From the NCBI GenBank assembly GCA_963826115.1, contig CAWGVS010000006.1:1173186-1237185 (forward strand): a DNA stretch of 64,000 bases, written 5' to 3'. A program made the position numbers and the translations under genes. This stretch comes from an uncultured Candidatus Rokubacteria bacterium (lineage in GTDB: Bacteria; Methylomirabilota; Methylomirabilia; Rokubacteriales; DASRDR01). The notes beneath the pieces are model-generated. The model did no database searches. It was not told the origin of the DNA and saw only the letters and a program-made list of their open reading frames with translations. Every line of letters starts with the position of its first letter. Position 1 is the stretch's first letter. This document shows positions 28,106 through 38,576 of the stretch, in pieces.

Positions 28106-28870
28106 CTAGACCTTCCGGCGCCGCCGCGCGAACATCCCGAGGCCGGCCAGGCCGGAGCCCAGGAGCATCAGCGTGGTCGGCTCGGGAGCGGCCGCCGCAT
28201 CGACCGAGAACTCGCTCAGGACGAAGTTGCCATTGGAGTCCTGGAGACCCGGGCCGCCGAACGGAAGGCTGGCGTCGGTCAGCGCCTCGAGCCGGAATCC
28301 GGTGATTCCCGTCAGATTCGTATAGGCGAGGACCGTGTATTTCTCGTGGTTCAGGTTGTTGTCCGGGAAGGTCACAAGGAGCGACCCGTCCGGGAGCTCC
28401 GTGATCGTGTTGCCATTGAACGAGCTGAAGATCGAGGGGTCGAGCACGGTCCAGTTCGCCGTGACGTCACCCCCGGTCGACAGGCCGTCGGCGAAGTTCG
28501 CTGTGGGGTCCGTCGTCACCGACAGACGGAATCGTCCGAGGGCGTGCTCGCTGTCCGCAGGGTTCGGACTGGGAACCGGATTGAAGAACGTGTGGTCCAG
28601 CGTGAACGTGAGTGCCGTCCCGCCAGGGAACACAGGCGTTGGCGCGACTGCCTCGAAGGCGGCCGTCTGATCCTGCCCCACGTTGGGGTAGATCGCCCAG
28701 CCGTTTTGGGCCGTAGGCGTGGCCGGGATGCCATCGATGGCCTGGCCCACCGGGAAGCCCGTCTGGGAGAAGGTTGCGGTGGCCTGCGTCAGCGGAATGG
28801 GCACGGCCTGCGCCGGCCCGGCCACGAGCAGTCCGAGAAGAACCAGACAGGTGAACATTGACAATTTCAT
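28106..28870 (-). CDS. PEP-CTERM sorting domain protein
   Basis: Signal peptide ending AQA; C-terminus APEPTTLMLLGSGLAGLGMFARRRRKV. Confidence 0.93.
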   Translation of the reverse strand: MKLSMFTCLVLLGLLVAGPAQAVPIPLTQATATFSQTGFPVGQAIDGIPATPTAQNGWAIYPNVGQDQTAAFEAVAPTPVFPGGTALTFTLDHTFFNPVPSPNPADSEHALGRFRLSVTTDPTANFADGLSTGGDVTANWTVLDPSIFSSFNGNTITELPDGSLLVTFPDNNLNHEKYTVLAYTNLTGITGFRLEALTDASLPFGGPGLQDSNGNFVLSEFSVDAAAAPEPTTLMLLGSGLAGLGMFARRRRKV

Positions 28871-28917
28871 TCCACACGCCTCCCTAGGCCGTACGATCAT
28901 GGCATCGCTCTGTGTGA

Positions 28918-28934
28918 AGCAGGTGCGATGCCAA
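28918..28934 (-). promoter_or_regulatory. Sigma54 promoter of the PEP-CTERM gene
   Basis: The minus strand reads TTGGCATCGCACCTGCT (GG-N10-GC). Confidence 0.75.
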
Positions 28935-29214
28935 TTCTCTCGTGATCCCTACGTCAACGATCTCAGGTACTTACCGCTCGAGTAAGTTTCCAAAGGACAT
29001 CCCGTTGCATCCCGGTAGGCACCCGAGTTCACAGAATCACGAAGTCCACGACATGCCACACGCTTCCTAGCGCATCGAGGCCGCCGGCCCTCGACTTGGA
29101 AGCAACATTCTTCACTTGTGAAGTGATTTGCACATTCTGTGGGCCTCGCGACCCGTTCGACAATCGTGGCAATTGTAAGTAGCTGGTTTGAAAGCGATTG
29201 TCCTGAGCCAACCC

Positions 29215-29230
29215 TGGTACCCGGATTGCT
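29215..29230 (+). promoter_or_regulatory. Sigma54 promoter of the exosortase operon
   Basis: TGGTACCCGGATTGCT (GG-N10-GC). Confidence 0.75.
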
Positions 29231-29246
29231 CTAGTTCTAGGCTGAG

Positions 29247-30203
29247 ATGTCGATGGATCAAGCGGGCGCGCTCGGCGAGGCCGAAGGCAAGTTCACAGGG
29301 TTGGTCGCGGTGACTGACGCGCCAACGCCGGTCCACCAGTCCATTGGCCGGCGACGGCCCGTCCCGGCGATCGCTCTCCTCGGCGTCGCCCTACTCCTGC
29401 TCTACTGGCCGGTCCTCGCCAAGCTCGTGGCGGACTGGTGGGACGACGCCAACTACTCGCACGGGTTCCTGGTTCCCATCTTCAGCGGCTACATCGTCTG
29501 GCAGCGGCGAGCGGCGCTCGCGTCCACCCTGGCGGCACCCCGTGGCACCCTGATGGGCTTGGGCCTCCTGATCGCCGGGCTGGGCCTTCTCGCCCTGGGT
29601 GAGGTGGGTGCGGAGCGATTCCTGGCCGGGAGCTCGCTGATCCCGGTCCTGGCGGGGCTGGTTCTGTATCACCTCGGCCCGGCGGCGCTCCGGGTGGTCG
29701 CGTTCCCACTGGCGTACCTCCTCTTCATGGTCCCGTTGCCCAGCATCGCGTTCTACGCGATTGCGTTCCCGCTCCAGCAGCTGGCCGCCGAGAACGCCGC
29801 GTGGACGCTCGACCTTCTCGGGATCCCGGTTCTGCTCGACGGCAACGTGATCCACCTGAGCCAGATCACGCTCGGCATCACCGAGGCGTGCAGCGGCATC
29901 CGCTCGCTCATCTCGATGCTGGCTCTCGCGGTCGCATGGGGCCACCTGACGCTTCCGGGGTTCTGGCCACAGGCGCTGCTCGTGGCGTCGGCCCTGCCGA
30001 TCACGGTCGTGGCGAACGCGGGCCGCGTCGTGGTGACCGGCCTCCTCGGCCAGTACGTCGGGATCGAGTACGCCACGGGCTTCTTCCACGGCTTCTCGGG
30101 CTGGGCGATCTTCCTGATCGCGTGCGCCGGACTGCTCGGAGTCCACACGCTGATCGGGATGGCCCTCGACCGGCGCGGTCGACGAGAGGCGGTGGCCTCG
30201 TGA
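29247..30203 (+). CDS. Exosortase (EpsH/Xrt family)
   Basis: YSHGFLVP; catalytic triad EACSGIRS (Cys), NAGRV (Arg) and FFHGFSG (His); multi-TM. The start is uncertain. Confidence 0.93.
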   Translation: MSMDQAGALGEAEGKFTGLVAVTDAPTPVHQSIGRRRPVPAIALLGVALLLLYWPVLAKLVADWWDDANYSHGFLVPIFSGYIVWQRRAALASTLAAPRGTLMGLGLLIAGLGLLALGEVGAERFLAGSSLIPVLAGLVLYHLGPAALRVVAFPLAYLLFMVPLPSIAFYAIAFPLQQLAAENAAWTLDLLGIPVLLDGNVIHLSQITLGITEACSGIRSLISMLALAVAWGHLTLPGFWPQALLVASALPITVVANAGRVVVTGLLGQYVGIEYATGFFHGFSGWAIFLIACAGLLGVHTLIGMALDRRGRREAVAS

Positions 30204-30838
30204 CCGGGCGCGGTCGCTTCCTCGTGTCGCTGGCCCTGATCGTCGGGACGCTCGCCTTCCTCCAGCTTCGCTCGACCGGCGAGGCGATTCCCCTGCGCCG
30301 GAGCCTGGCGATGTTCCCGGCTGCGCTGGGTGAGTGGCAGGGGCGTGAGGCAACACTTCTGGACGGCGACACCCTGCGGCTTCTCAGGCCGACCGACTAC
30401 CTGGTGCGGCGTTACGCCGACGCGTCAGGGCGGAGCCTCTGGCTCTACATCGGCTACTGGGACTCCCAGCGGAAGGGCGCCCAGACTCACTCGCCGAAGA
30501 ACTGTCTCCCGGGAGGGGGCTGGGAGCCACTCGAGGTCGCGCAGACGACCGTGCCCCTCGCCGACGGCCGCGCGATCCCGGCCAACCGCTTCGTGATCCA
30601 GAAGGACCGCGAGCAGCAGGTGGTGCTCTACTGGTATCAGGCGCGCGGCCGCGCGCTCGCCGGCGAGGTCGAGGCGCGTGTCGACATGGTTCGCAGCGCG
30701 CTCTTCCAGAACCGCACCGACGGCGCCGTCATCCGGCTCTCCAGTCCCGTCTACGGCACCGTGGCCGAGACTACCGCGTGGCTCGTCCGCTACGCCCAGG
30801 CGCTCGACGGCGTGCTGGGCGAGTATTTGCCCATATGA
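30200..30838 (+). CDS. epsI: EpsI family protein
   Basis: GEWQG, LYIGYWDSQR, HSPKNCLPGGGW, YWYQ and RTDGA; GTG overlaps the exosortase stop. Confidence 0.9.
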   Translation: MTGRGRFLVSLALIVGTLAFLQLRSTGEAIPLRRSLAMFPAALGEWQGREATLLDGDTLRLLRPTDYLVRRYADASGRSLWLYIGYWDSQRKGAQTHSPKNCLPGGGWEPLEVAQTTVPLADGRAIPANRFVIQKDREQQVVLYWYQARGRALAGEVEARVDMVRSALFQNRTDGAVIRLSSPVYGTVAETTAWLVRYAQALDGVLGEYLPI

Positions 30839-30878
30839 GCGTTCCGCGCTCGTCGATCCGCCAAAGGGAGTGATTCGC

Positions 30879-33055
30879 ATGATTGCCGGGCTGCGTCGGT
30901 TGACACCGTCTCCTCCTTGTCTTGCTCGTTCTGGCGGGCGGATGCGCTCGCTCCCCCGAGGCGAAGAAGGCTCGCTACCTCGACCACGGCGACCACTACT
31001 ACCGGAAGGAGCAGTACCGCGAGGCGATCCTCGAGTACCGGAATGCGCTCCGGATCGATCCGGCAAACGCTCGCGCGATCGAGCAGCTCGGCCTCGCTCA
31101 CTACCAGCTCGGCGAGCTCGGCCAATCGCTGCGCTTCCTCCTGAAGGCGCGGGAGCTTGCGCCGGACCACGCCGAGGTCCGCTTGAAGCTCGGGACATGT
31201 ATCTCCTCGGCCGCCGGCCGGCGGAGGCGCGCCAGGAAGCCCAGGCCGTCCTTCAGCGGGACCCGCAGAACCTCGAGGCGCTGATCCTCCTGGCCAGCGC
31301 CGCGACGACCGACGACGAGGTGGACGCGGCCATCCGGGCGGTCGAGGCCGCGCGCGGAGAGTCGGGCGGGAGCGCGCGGCTCCTCGTGGCCCTGTCCAAG
31401 CTTCACCTGCGGAAGCGCGACCTCCCGGCGACGGAGCGGTTCCTCGCGGAGGCGGTGGCGCGCGAGCCGAAGTCGGTCGAGGCCCACACGGCGATGGCCG
31501 AGCTGCTTCTCCTCAAGCGCGATCTCGCCGGCGCGGAGCGGGAGTTTCGCGTGGCGGCGGACAGCGCGCCGGCCGGGTCGGCGGCGCGGCTCAGGCTGGC
31601 CGACTTCTACGTGCTGTCGCGCCGGCCCGAGGAGGCTCGCCGCATCCTGACGGAGTCCACCGAGAAGGCGCCGGGCTACCTTCCGGCCTGGCGGAAGCTG
31701 GCCGAGCTGGCTGTCGCCGAAGGGCGCGTCGCCGACGCGGAGAAGACGCTGGACGGCCTTCTCAAGAAGAGCCCGCAGGACATCGACGGACACTTTCTCC
31801 GCGGCCGCATCTACCTGGCGAAGCGCGAGACGACCGAGGCCATCCAGGAGTTCCAGCAGGTCCTGAAGCTCGAGCCGCGGCTCGCGCCGGCCCGGTACCA
31901 GCTCGCCCTGGCGCACCTCCAGGCTGGCAACGTGGCCCAGGCGAAGGCGGAGCTGAAGGAGGCCACCACGGTCGCGCCGAACTACGTGGAGGCCGACCCT
32001 CCGGCTGGCCCAGCTGAACCTCCAGTCCGGCGCGCCCGACGTGGCCATCGAGGACCTGGAGAAGCTGCTCGCCCGCGAGCCGCGGGCCGTCGAGGCCCAC
32101 GTCCTTCTGGGGGCGGCGTACCTCGCCAAGCGCGACCCGGTCAAGGCGATGGCAGCGTTCCGCAAGATCGGGGAGATCGCTCCGAAAGACCCGCGCGGCC
32201 CCTACTACGTGGGGCAGGCGCTGGTCGCCCAGGGGAAGCGTGCCGAGGGCCGGAAGGAGCTCGAGGCGGCCCTCGATCGGGCGCCCGGATACGTGGAGCC
32301 CGCCGTCCTGCTCGTCCGGCTCGACTTCGCCGACAAGCGTCCGGATGCCGCCCTGGCGCGGGTGCAGAAGCAAGCCGAGCGCGCGCCGCGCGCCGGGGCC
32401 GTCCAGCATCTCCTGGGCCGCGTCCACGAGGCGCGCCGCGAGCTGCCGGCCGCCGAGGTCGCTTACCGAAAGGCGATCGAGCTCCAGCCCGAGCTGATGC
32501 CCGCGTATCTCGACCTGGCGCGTCTCTACGGCGACGCCGGTCGCTACGATCCGGCTCTGGAGCGCCTCGGCGAGGCTCTGAAGCGCAACCCTCGGGACCT
32601 CGGCGCGCTCATGCTGGCGGGGGTCATCCAGGAGCGGAAGGGCGATGTGAAGGCGGCCCAGGAGTCGCTGGCGAAGGCCCTCGAGGTCAATCCGCGCTTT
32701 GCCCCGGCCGCCAACAACCTGGCGTATCTCCTGTCCGAGCACGGCGGCGACCAGGAGCGCGCCCTCCAGCTGGCCCAGGTGGCCAAGGAGGTCGCGCCCG
32801 ACGAACCCCACATCTCGGACACGCTCGGCTGGATACTGTACAAGCGAGGCGTCTACCAGCGGGCGCTCGCGCTCCTCCAGGAGGCGACGCTGAAGCTGCC
32901 CGACGATCCGACCGTCCAGTACCACCTCGGAATGGCCGCCGTGAAGGCGGGCCAAACCGCGACGGCCCGCCGGGCGCTGACGACAGCCTTGGCCTCGCCG
33001 GTGAGCTTCGACGGAGAAGGACGCGGTTCGGAAGGCACTGGCGGAGCTGCGGTAG
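30879..33055 (+). CDS. PrsT-like TPR lipoprotein (several frameshifts)
   Basis: LAGGC lipobox-like sequence, many TPR repeats, AANNLAYL, DTLGWILY and YHLGMA. Confidence 0.85.
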
Positions 33056-33163
33056 GGCGATCTCGGTCTCGCGGTCGCCCCAACACCACTGATATGGAAG
33101 GGTCTCTGATCATGCAGGTCATCGCAACTGTCTCGTGACCACGGATGTGCTCGCCCGACTCGC

Positions 33164-34130
33164 ATGGCATCGCTACTGGTGCCCGTGATCGTGGGCGTGT
33201 GCTTGATGTCGAGCGCCGCCACGGTCGGATCCCAGCCCGGTGGGCCCACCGTTTCGGGCTGCCCGGCCTTTCCGGCCGACAACATCTGGAACACGCGAGT
33301 CGACCGCTTGCCCGTCTATTCGCGCTCGGCGGAGTTCATCAAGACCATCGGCCGGTCGAAAGGCCTCCATCCCGATTTCGGGTCTAAGAAATGGAAGGGG
33401 GAGCCGATCGGCATTCCGTTCGTCACCGTTCCTGGCACGCAGCCGCGAGTGCCGCTGGCCGCACAGTACGCGGGCCGAGAGCGACCCCGGCCCGTATCCC
33501 ATACCGGCGGGCGTGTCCATCGAAGGCGGCACGATGAGCAGCGGTGACCGCCATGTTCTCGTCGTCGACCGCGACAACTGCAAGCTGTATGAGTTGTTCA
33601 ATGCCTACCCGAAGTCCGACGGAAGCTGGCGGGCCGATGCCGGCGCGATCTTCGACCTGCGGACGAACAAGCTGCGACCGTCTGGCTGGACGTCGGCAGA
33701 TGCCGCCGGATTGCCGATTCTTGCGGGCCTGATCAGGTATGACGAGGTGGCGTCAGGCGAGATCCGACACGCGCTTCGTTTCACTGCGCCGGTCACGCAG
33801 CGATCCTTCGTCTGGCCGGCTCGTCACCATGCGTCGAAGAACGCGAGTCCCGATGTGCCTCCGATGGGGCAGCGGTTTCGACTGAAGGATTCCTTCGACA
33901 TCTCGCCGTACCCCAAGAACGTGCAGGTCATCCTCACGGCCCTCAAGCGCTACGGGATGATCCTCTCTGACAATGGAGGAGCCTGGTTCATCACCGGGAC
34001 TCCGGACCCGAGATGGGATGACGATGAAGTCAGAGCGCTGCGCCGAGTCACCGGTGACGCGTTCGAAGCGGTGGACGTGTCGGGCTTGGTCATCGAGCCG
34101 GACTCGGGAAAGGCTCGCGAGATCCGCTGA
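33164..34130 (+). CDS. Conserved secreted hypothetical protein (frameshift near 33475)
   Basis: Signal peptide; GCPAFPADNIWN, GDRHVLVVD, WTSADAAGLP, HALRFT and YGMILSDNG. Confidence 0.75.
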
Positions 34131-34157
34131 ACTGCTCCGGCCGTGATGGCCCCCGGC

Positions 34158-34953
34158 ATGAAGACCGCGATCATCTGTCACCACGACGACGCTCTCGATC
34201 GCCAGGTGCTGCCCGCGCTGGCTCGCGTCGTTCTCGGAGGTCGTGGGCATCATCTCCGTCGAGGAAGGGGTGGAGCAGAGAAGGACGAGACTCCGGCGCG
34301 AGCTCAAGCGGGTCGGCTGGACTCGGTTTGTGGATGTCCTGGCCTACCGTGTCTATCACCGATCGTTCCTGCGAAGGCGCGACGCGGCCTTCGAGACGCG
34401 GTTGCTCTCGCGACTGGCCTCGGCCTATCCCGCCGTGGCGGCGAGTCTTCCCGTGCTCACGACGTCCACTCCCAATTCACCGGAGACGCGCGCCTTCCTC
34501 GAGAGGGTGCAACCGGATCTGATGATCGCCCGGTGCAAGGTGATCTTGAAGCGCGAGATCTTCTCGGCACCTCGGCTCGGCACCTACGTCATGCATCCTG
34601 GCATCTGCCCCGAGTATCGCAATGCACACGGATGCTTCTGGGCGCTCGCCGAGAACGACGTCGACAAGGTGGGCATGACGCTGCTGAGGGCAGACGCGGG
34701 GATCGACACCGGTCCCGTCTTCGGCTTCTTCTCGTATCCCTATGACGAAGCGACCGAATCGCACGTCACGATCCAGCGCCGGGTCGTGTTCGAGAACTTG
34801 GATCGCGTCCGGGACACGCTGCTGGAGATCGAGAGGGGAACGGCTCCGATCATCGACACCTCGCGGCCGGAAGTCGGCCAACTGGGGCCAGCCCTGGCTC
34901 TCGAAGTATCTGAGCTGGCGAGCGGACGGCTCAGGAGGCGCGGGGAGCCGTGA
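34158..34953 (+). CDS. Formyltransferase domain protein (frameshifted)
   Basis: MHPGICPEYRNAHGCFWA and GMTLL...GIDTGPV, matching the HP..LP.YRG / D.G formyltransferase motifs. Confidence 0.8.
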
Positions 34954-35738
34954 AGCGGATCTCCCTCCTCTACCACGATGTTGTCGGCCATGATCGTCAG
35001 CGCGAGCGGGTTCTCGGGCGCCGACGCTGACATCTACAAGCTCGACGAGGGGAAGTTCGCCGCTCATCTGGCGCGGATCGCGGAGCTGGGCCCCGATCGC
35101 GTCGGAGGCGTCTGACCGGCGCCGCTCGGGACGGCCAGGTGATCCTGACGTTCGACGACGGCGGCGTCAGCGGAGACGAGCCGATCTCCCGCATGCTGGA
35201 GGCGCACGGCTGGCGGGGATGCTTTTTCATCGTCACGGAGCGCATCGGGCAACCCGGCTTTCTCTCGCGAGAGCAGATTCGCGAGCTTCACCGTCGCGGT
35301 CACCACATCGGCTCACACTCCCATTCGCACCCAGCGAGCTTCTCGACGCTGACCTGGGAGGGGATGGTGCAGGAGTGGACGGAGAGCCGGCGGATCCTGG
35401 AGGAGATCATCGGCGAGCACGTCTACAGCGCGTCGGTGCCGGGTGGGTATTACTCACGGCGGGTGGCCCGAGGCGGCTCGACACGCCGGCTACACGGTGA
35501 TGTTCAACTCCGAGCCGACGTCGCGAGGGCGCCGTATTGACGGGGTTGTGCGATTCTGGGCCGCTACGGGATCTGGCGCCACACGTCGCCCGAGCTTGCC
35601 CAGGCGCTGGCGCGCGGAGATTTTCTGCCGCGGGCTCGGCAGGCCCTGATGTGGAACGCGAAGAAGCCGCTCAAGAGGATCGGGGGAAGTGCGTGGCTAC
35701 GTTTCCGAAGGTGGGCCCTGGAGCGAGTTGCGCCGTAG
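34950..35738 (+). CDS. Polysaccharide deacetylase (NodB/CE4; frameshifted)
   Basis: LLYHDV, LTFDDG, IGSHSHSH and SVPGGY. Confidence 0.85.
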
Positions 35739-35883
35739 CCATCGGGCGGTCGGTGGCGTCTCCGGTGCCGCGCACTCGGGCCGTGGTGGTCCGTTGACGA
35801 CGTTTAGCGGAACGTGACGTGCCGAGATGTCCACGGTGGGCATTCAATATCCGGATGTTCCTGGTGCTGGGTTAGGGGGACTT

Positions 35884-37029
35884 GTGGAGATTTGCCTCTG
35901 CGTCGATCACTGGTCGTCGTTCTATCCCCTTCAGGGCACGGTCCGCTATGTGCAGACACTGGCCCAGGGACTGGTGGCGTGGGGTCACAGGGTCCACATA
36001 CTCACGCCGCACCCTTCGATCGATTCGGACTTCGAAGAAGACGGGTGCCTGATCCATAGTCGGGTCGTGTCACCGATTCGGATGGTTTCACGGTTTCAGC
36101 ATGGCCTGGGGGAGAGCCTGGGCGTGTGGCGAGCCCTGGGTCGGTTGCTCCGGGACCATCCCATCGACGTGGTCGAGTTCACCAACTGGGAAGGAATTGG
36201 CGCCGTCACTGCCACCTTCACCCGAGTACCCACGGTGATCCGCCTACACACTACTGCCTACGACACGATCCGCATGGGTATTGGCAAGCCAAGACTGGAG
36301 CGGCACTATGCCCGCTTGGAGTGCTGGACGGCCCGCCGCGCCAGCGCACTAGCCACGCACTCAACATCGCATCAGACCCAGGTGGCTGCCGACTACCAGG
36401 TGCCGCGGGAACGGATCGCGGTTATCCCGGCTGGGGTCAAGCCGTTGACGCCGACAAACCGAGGCAGCCGCAATCCGCGGCAAGTGCTGACGGTCAGCTC
36501 AGCGACGCCGCGCAAAGGGGTAGCGATCTTTCTAGCAGTGGCGGACCAAGTTGCCCGCGCGCTGCCCGATTGCCGATTCGTTTGGGTGGGTGAAGACACG
36601 GCCACGGCGCCAGAGGGCAAGACCTGGGCACAGCACTGCGCGAACCGCTATCCTCATCTGAAGAACGTGAGGTTCGTCGGTGCGTGCTCTGACGAGCAAT
36701 TGGCGGACTACTATGCCGAGTCGGCCGTCTATCTCTGCACTTCGCGGTACGAGTCGTTTGGGTTGACCCTGGTGGAGGCGATGCACGCCGGACTGCCCGT
36801 TGTGGCGCCGCGGGCGGCGGCGATGGCGGAGTTGGTTCGGGCGGGGCAGACCGGCTGTCTGTATGAGCCTGGTAACGCAGAAGAGTGCAGTGCGGCGTTG
36901 CAAGACCTGATGCGGAAGCCATCGGATAGCCAGGCTATGGGTGAATGCGGCCAGGTAGTAGCGCAAAGGGAGTATTCCGTGGATCGTATGACCGGCCGCG
37001 TGTTGGATCTGTACCGCAGTGTCTGCTGA
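35884..37029 (+). CDS. GT4 glycosyltransferase
   Basis: PRKG and SRYESFGLTLVEAMHAGLPVV; alternative ATG at 35827. Confidence 0.9.
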   Translation: MEICLCVDHWSSFYPLQGTVRYVQTLAQGLVAWGHRVHILTPHPSIDSDFEEDGCLIHSRVVSPIRMVSRFQHGLGESLGVWRALGRLLRDHPIDVVEFTNWEGIGAVTATFTRVPTVIRLHTTAYDTIRMGIGKPRLERHYARLECWTARRASALATHSTSHQTQVAADYQVPRERIAVIPAGVKPLTPTNRGSRNPRQVLTVSSATPRKGVAIFLAVADQVARALPDCRFVWVGEDTATAPEGKTWAQHCANRYPHLKNVRFVGACSDEQLADYYAESAVYLCTSRYESFGLTLVEAMHAGLPVVAPRAAAMAELVRAGQTGCLYEPGNAEECSAALQDLMRKPSDSQAMGECGQVVAQREYSVDRMTGRVLDLYRSVC

Positions 37030-37040
37030 GGCGTAACGAG

Positions 37041-38576
37041 ATGGGCATGAGCGTCAGGGCATTGCTGGCGAAGAACGCCACGTGGAGCTTGTTGGGGACC
37101 GCGATCAACACGCTCACCGGTTTCGTGGTGGCACCGTATTTGATCCACTCGCTGGGCGAGACGTCGTACGGCTTGTGGATTGTCATGGGCTCTGTGGCGG
37201 GCTATTTCGGTCTGGTCGACCTGGGTGTGCGCGGTTCGGTTGGTCGATTCGTCGCGCTCTACCGCGCCCTGGGCGATACTGCCGGGGTCAATCGCGTCTT
37301 TTCCACCTCAGTCGTGCTGCTGGCCGGTGCCGGCTCACTGGCCTTTGCCGGCATGCTCGCCTTTCGGTTGATCTTCGACACCATCTTCGACTACCCGGCC
37401 GAACAGGCTGTTGACGTGCATGTCACCTTGGTCCTGGTCGGCATCACCTTGGGGCTGATCCTAGTGGGCAGCGTCTTCGACGCAGTGCTCTGGGGCTGCC
37501 AGCGTTTTGATCTGATCAACCTGGTCGACATTCCCGCTGCTCTGGCACGGCTCGCACTGACGATCTGGAGCGTGGCACTGGCGCCGCGATTGGCGACCGT
37601 CGCGCTGGTCACGCTAGGGGTGTCGGTGGCCGCGGTGCTGGCGAAAGGGATCTTGAGCTATCGGGAAGAGCCCAGCCTGCGTGTTCGACTGCTCTCTTGC
37701 ACCTCCGCCACAATTCGGGAGCTCTTTGGCTACGGCTTCTGGGCCTTCGTCAGCTCGTCGGCCCTGACGGCCAAGAATCAGTTACCGCCCCTGCTGATCG
37801 GCGCGCTGTTGGGAGTGGCGATTATCACGCCGTTTTCGATCGCCAATCGGCTGGCGGCGTCCATGACGATGCTTCTAGTCGCTGGTACCGGGATCTTGAC
37901 GCCCTATGCCACCTCGCTGCACGCGCAAGGCAATCGGTCTCAGGAGAAGAGGCTGTTCCTCGTCGGCGGCCGGCTATGCTTGCTGGCGACCTTGTTCATG
38001 ACCGGCGGACTGGTCTTTCTCGGCGAGCCGTTTATTCAACTCTGGATCGGCTATGCCATGGAGCCTGCAGGTGAACTGCTAGTCATCTTGTCGCTGGGGC
38101 AGGTACTGGCCCACTCGCAGTACGTGACCGGCAACATCATCCTGGCCAAGGGGAACCTGGGGCTGATGGCGGCGCTATGCGTAGCCGAGTTGATCCTGAC
38201 CGGCGCATTGCTGCTCTGGTGGACACCAGCATACGGGCTGGGCGGAGCTTGCTGGGCAATCATCCTGCCCAATTGGCTTTGCCAGGGCGTGGGCCGCGTC
38301 TGTCTGGGCGCGGCCATCCTGGAGGTGCCTGTCGGCCGCTACCTGACTCACTGCTTGCTGGTCCCCACACTATGGTCGCTGCCGGCGTGGCTGCTCTTGG
38401 GCGGGGTAACGGCCTGGAGGCCACCCGTGGGTTGGCTGGAGTTCTTCCTCTATGCCACGGCCTATCTGGCCATGTTCCTGCTGGGCGGCGCGTCTCTGTT
38501 CGATCTGCGACCGCTGGTTGCGGCGGTGCGTTGCAAGAAAGTCAAGCGCATAACGCTGTCGGCGTTCAAGACATGA
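37041..38576 (+). CDS. Wzx-type polysaccharide flippase
   Basis: AKNATWSL...LGETSYGLW...DLGVRGS; many TM segments. Confidence 0.87.
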   Translation: MGMSVRALLAKNATWSLLGTAINTLTGFVVAPYLIHSLGETSYGLWIVMGSVAGYFGLVDLGVRGSVGRFVALYRALGDTAGVNRVFSTSVVLLAGAGSLAFAGMLAFRLIFDTIFDYPAEQAVDVHVTLVLVGITLGLILVGSVFDAVLWGCQRFDLINLVDIPAALARLALTIWSVALAPRLATVALVTLGVSVAAVLAKGILSYREEPSLRVRLLSCTSATIRELFGYGFWAFVSSSALTAKNQLPPLLIGALLGVAIITPFSIANRLAASMTMLLVAGTGILTPYATSLHAQGNRSQEKRLFLVGGRLCLLATLFMTGGLVFLGEPFIQLWIGYAMEPAGELLVILSLGQVLAHSQYVTGNIILAKGNLGLMAALCVAELILTGALLLWWTPAYGLGGACWAIILPNWLCQGVGRVCLGAAILEVPVGRYLTHCLLVPTLWSLPAWLLLGGVTAWRPPVGWLEFFLYATAYLAMFLLGGASLFDLRPLVAAVRCKKVKRITLSAFKT

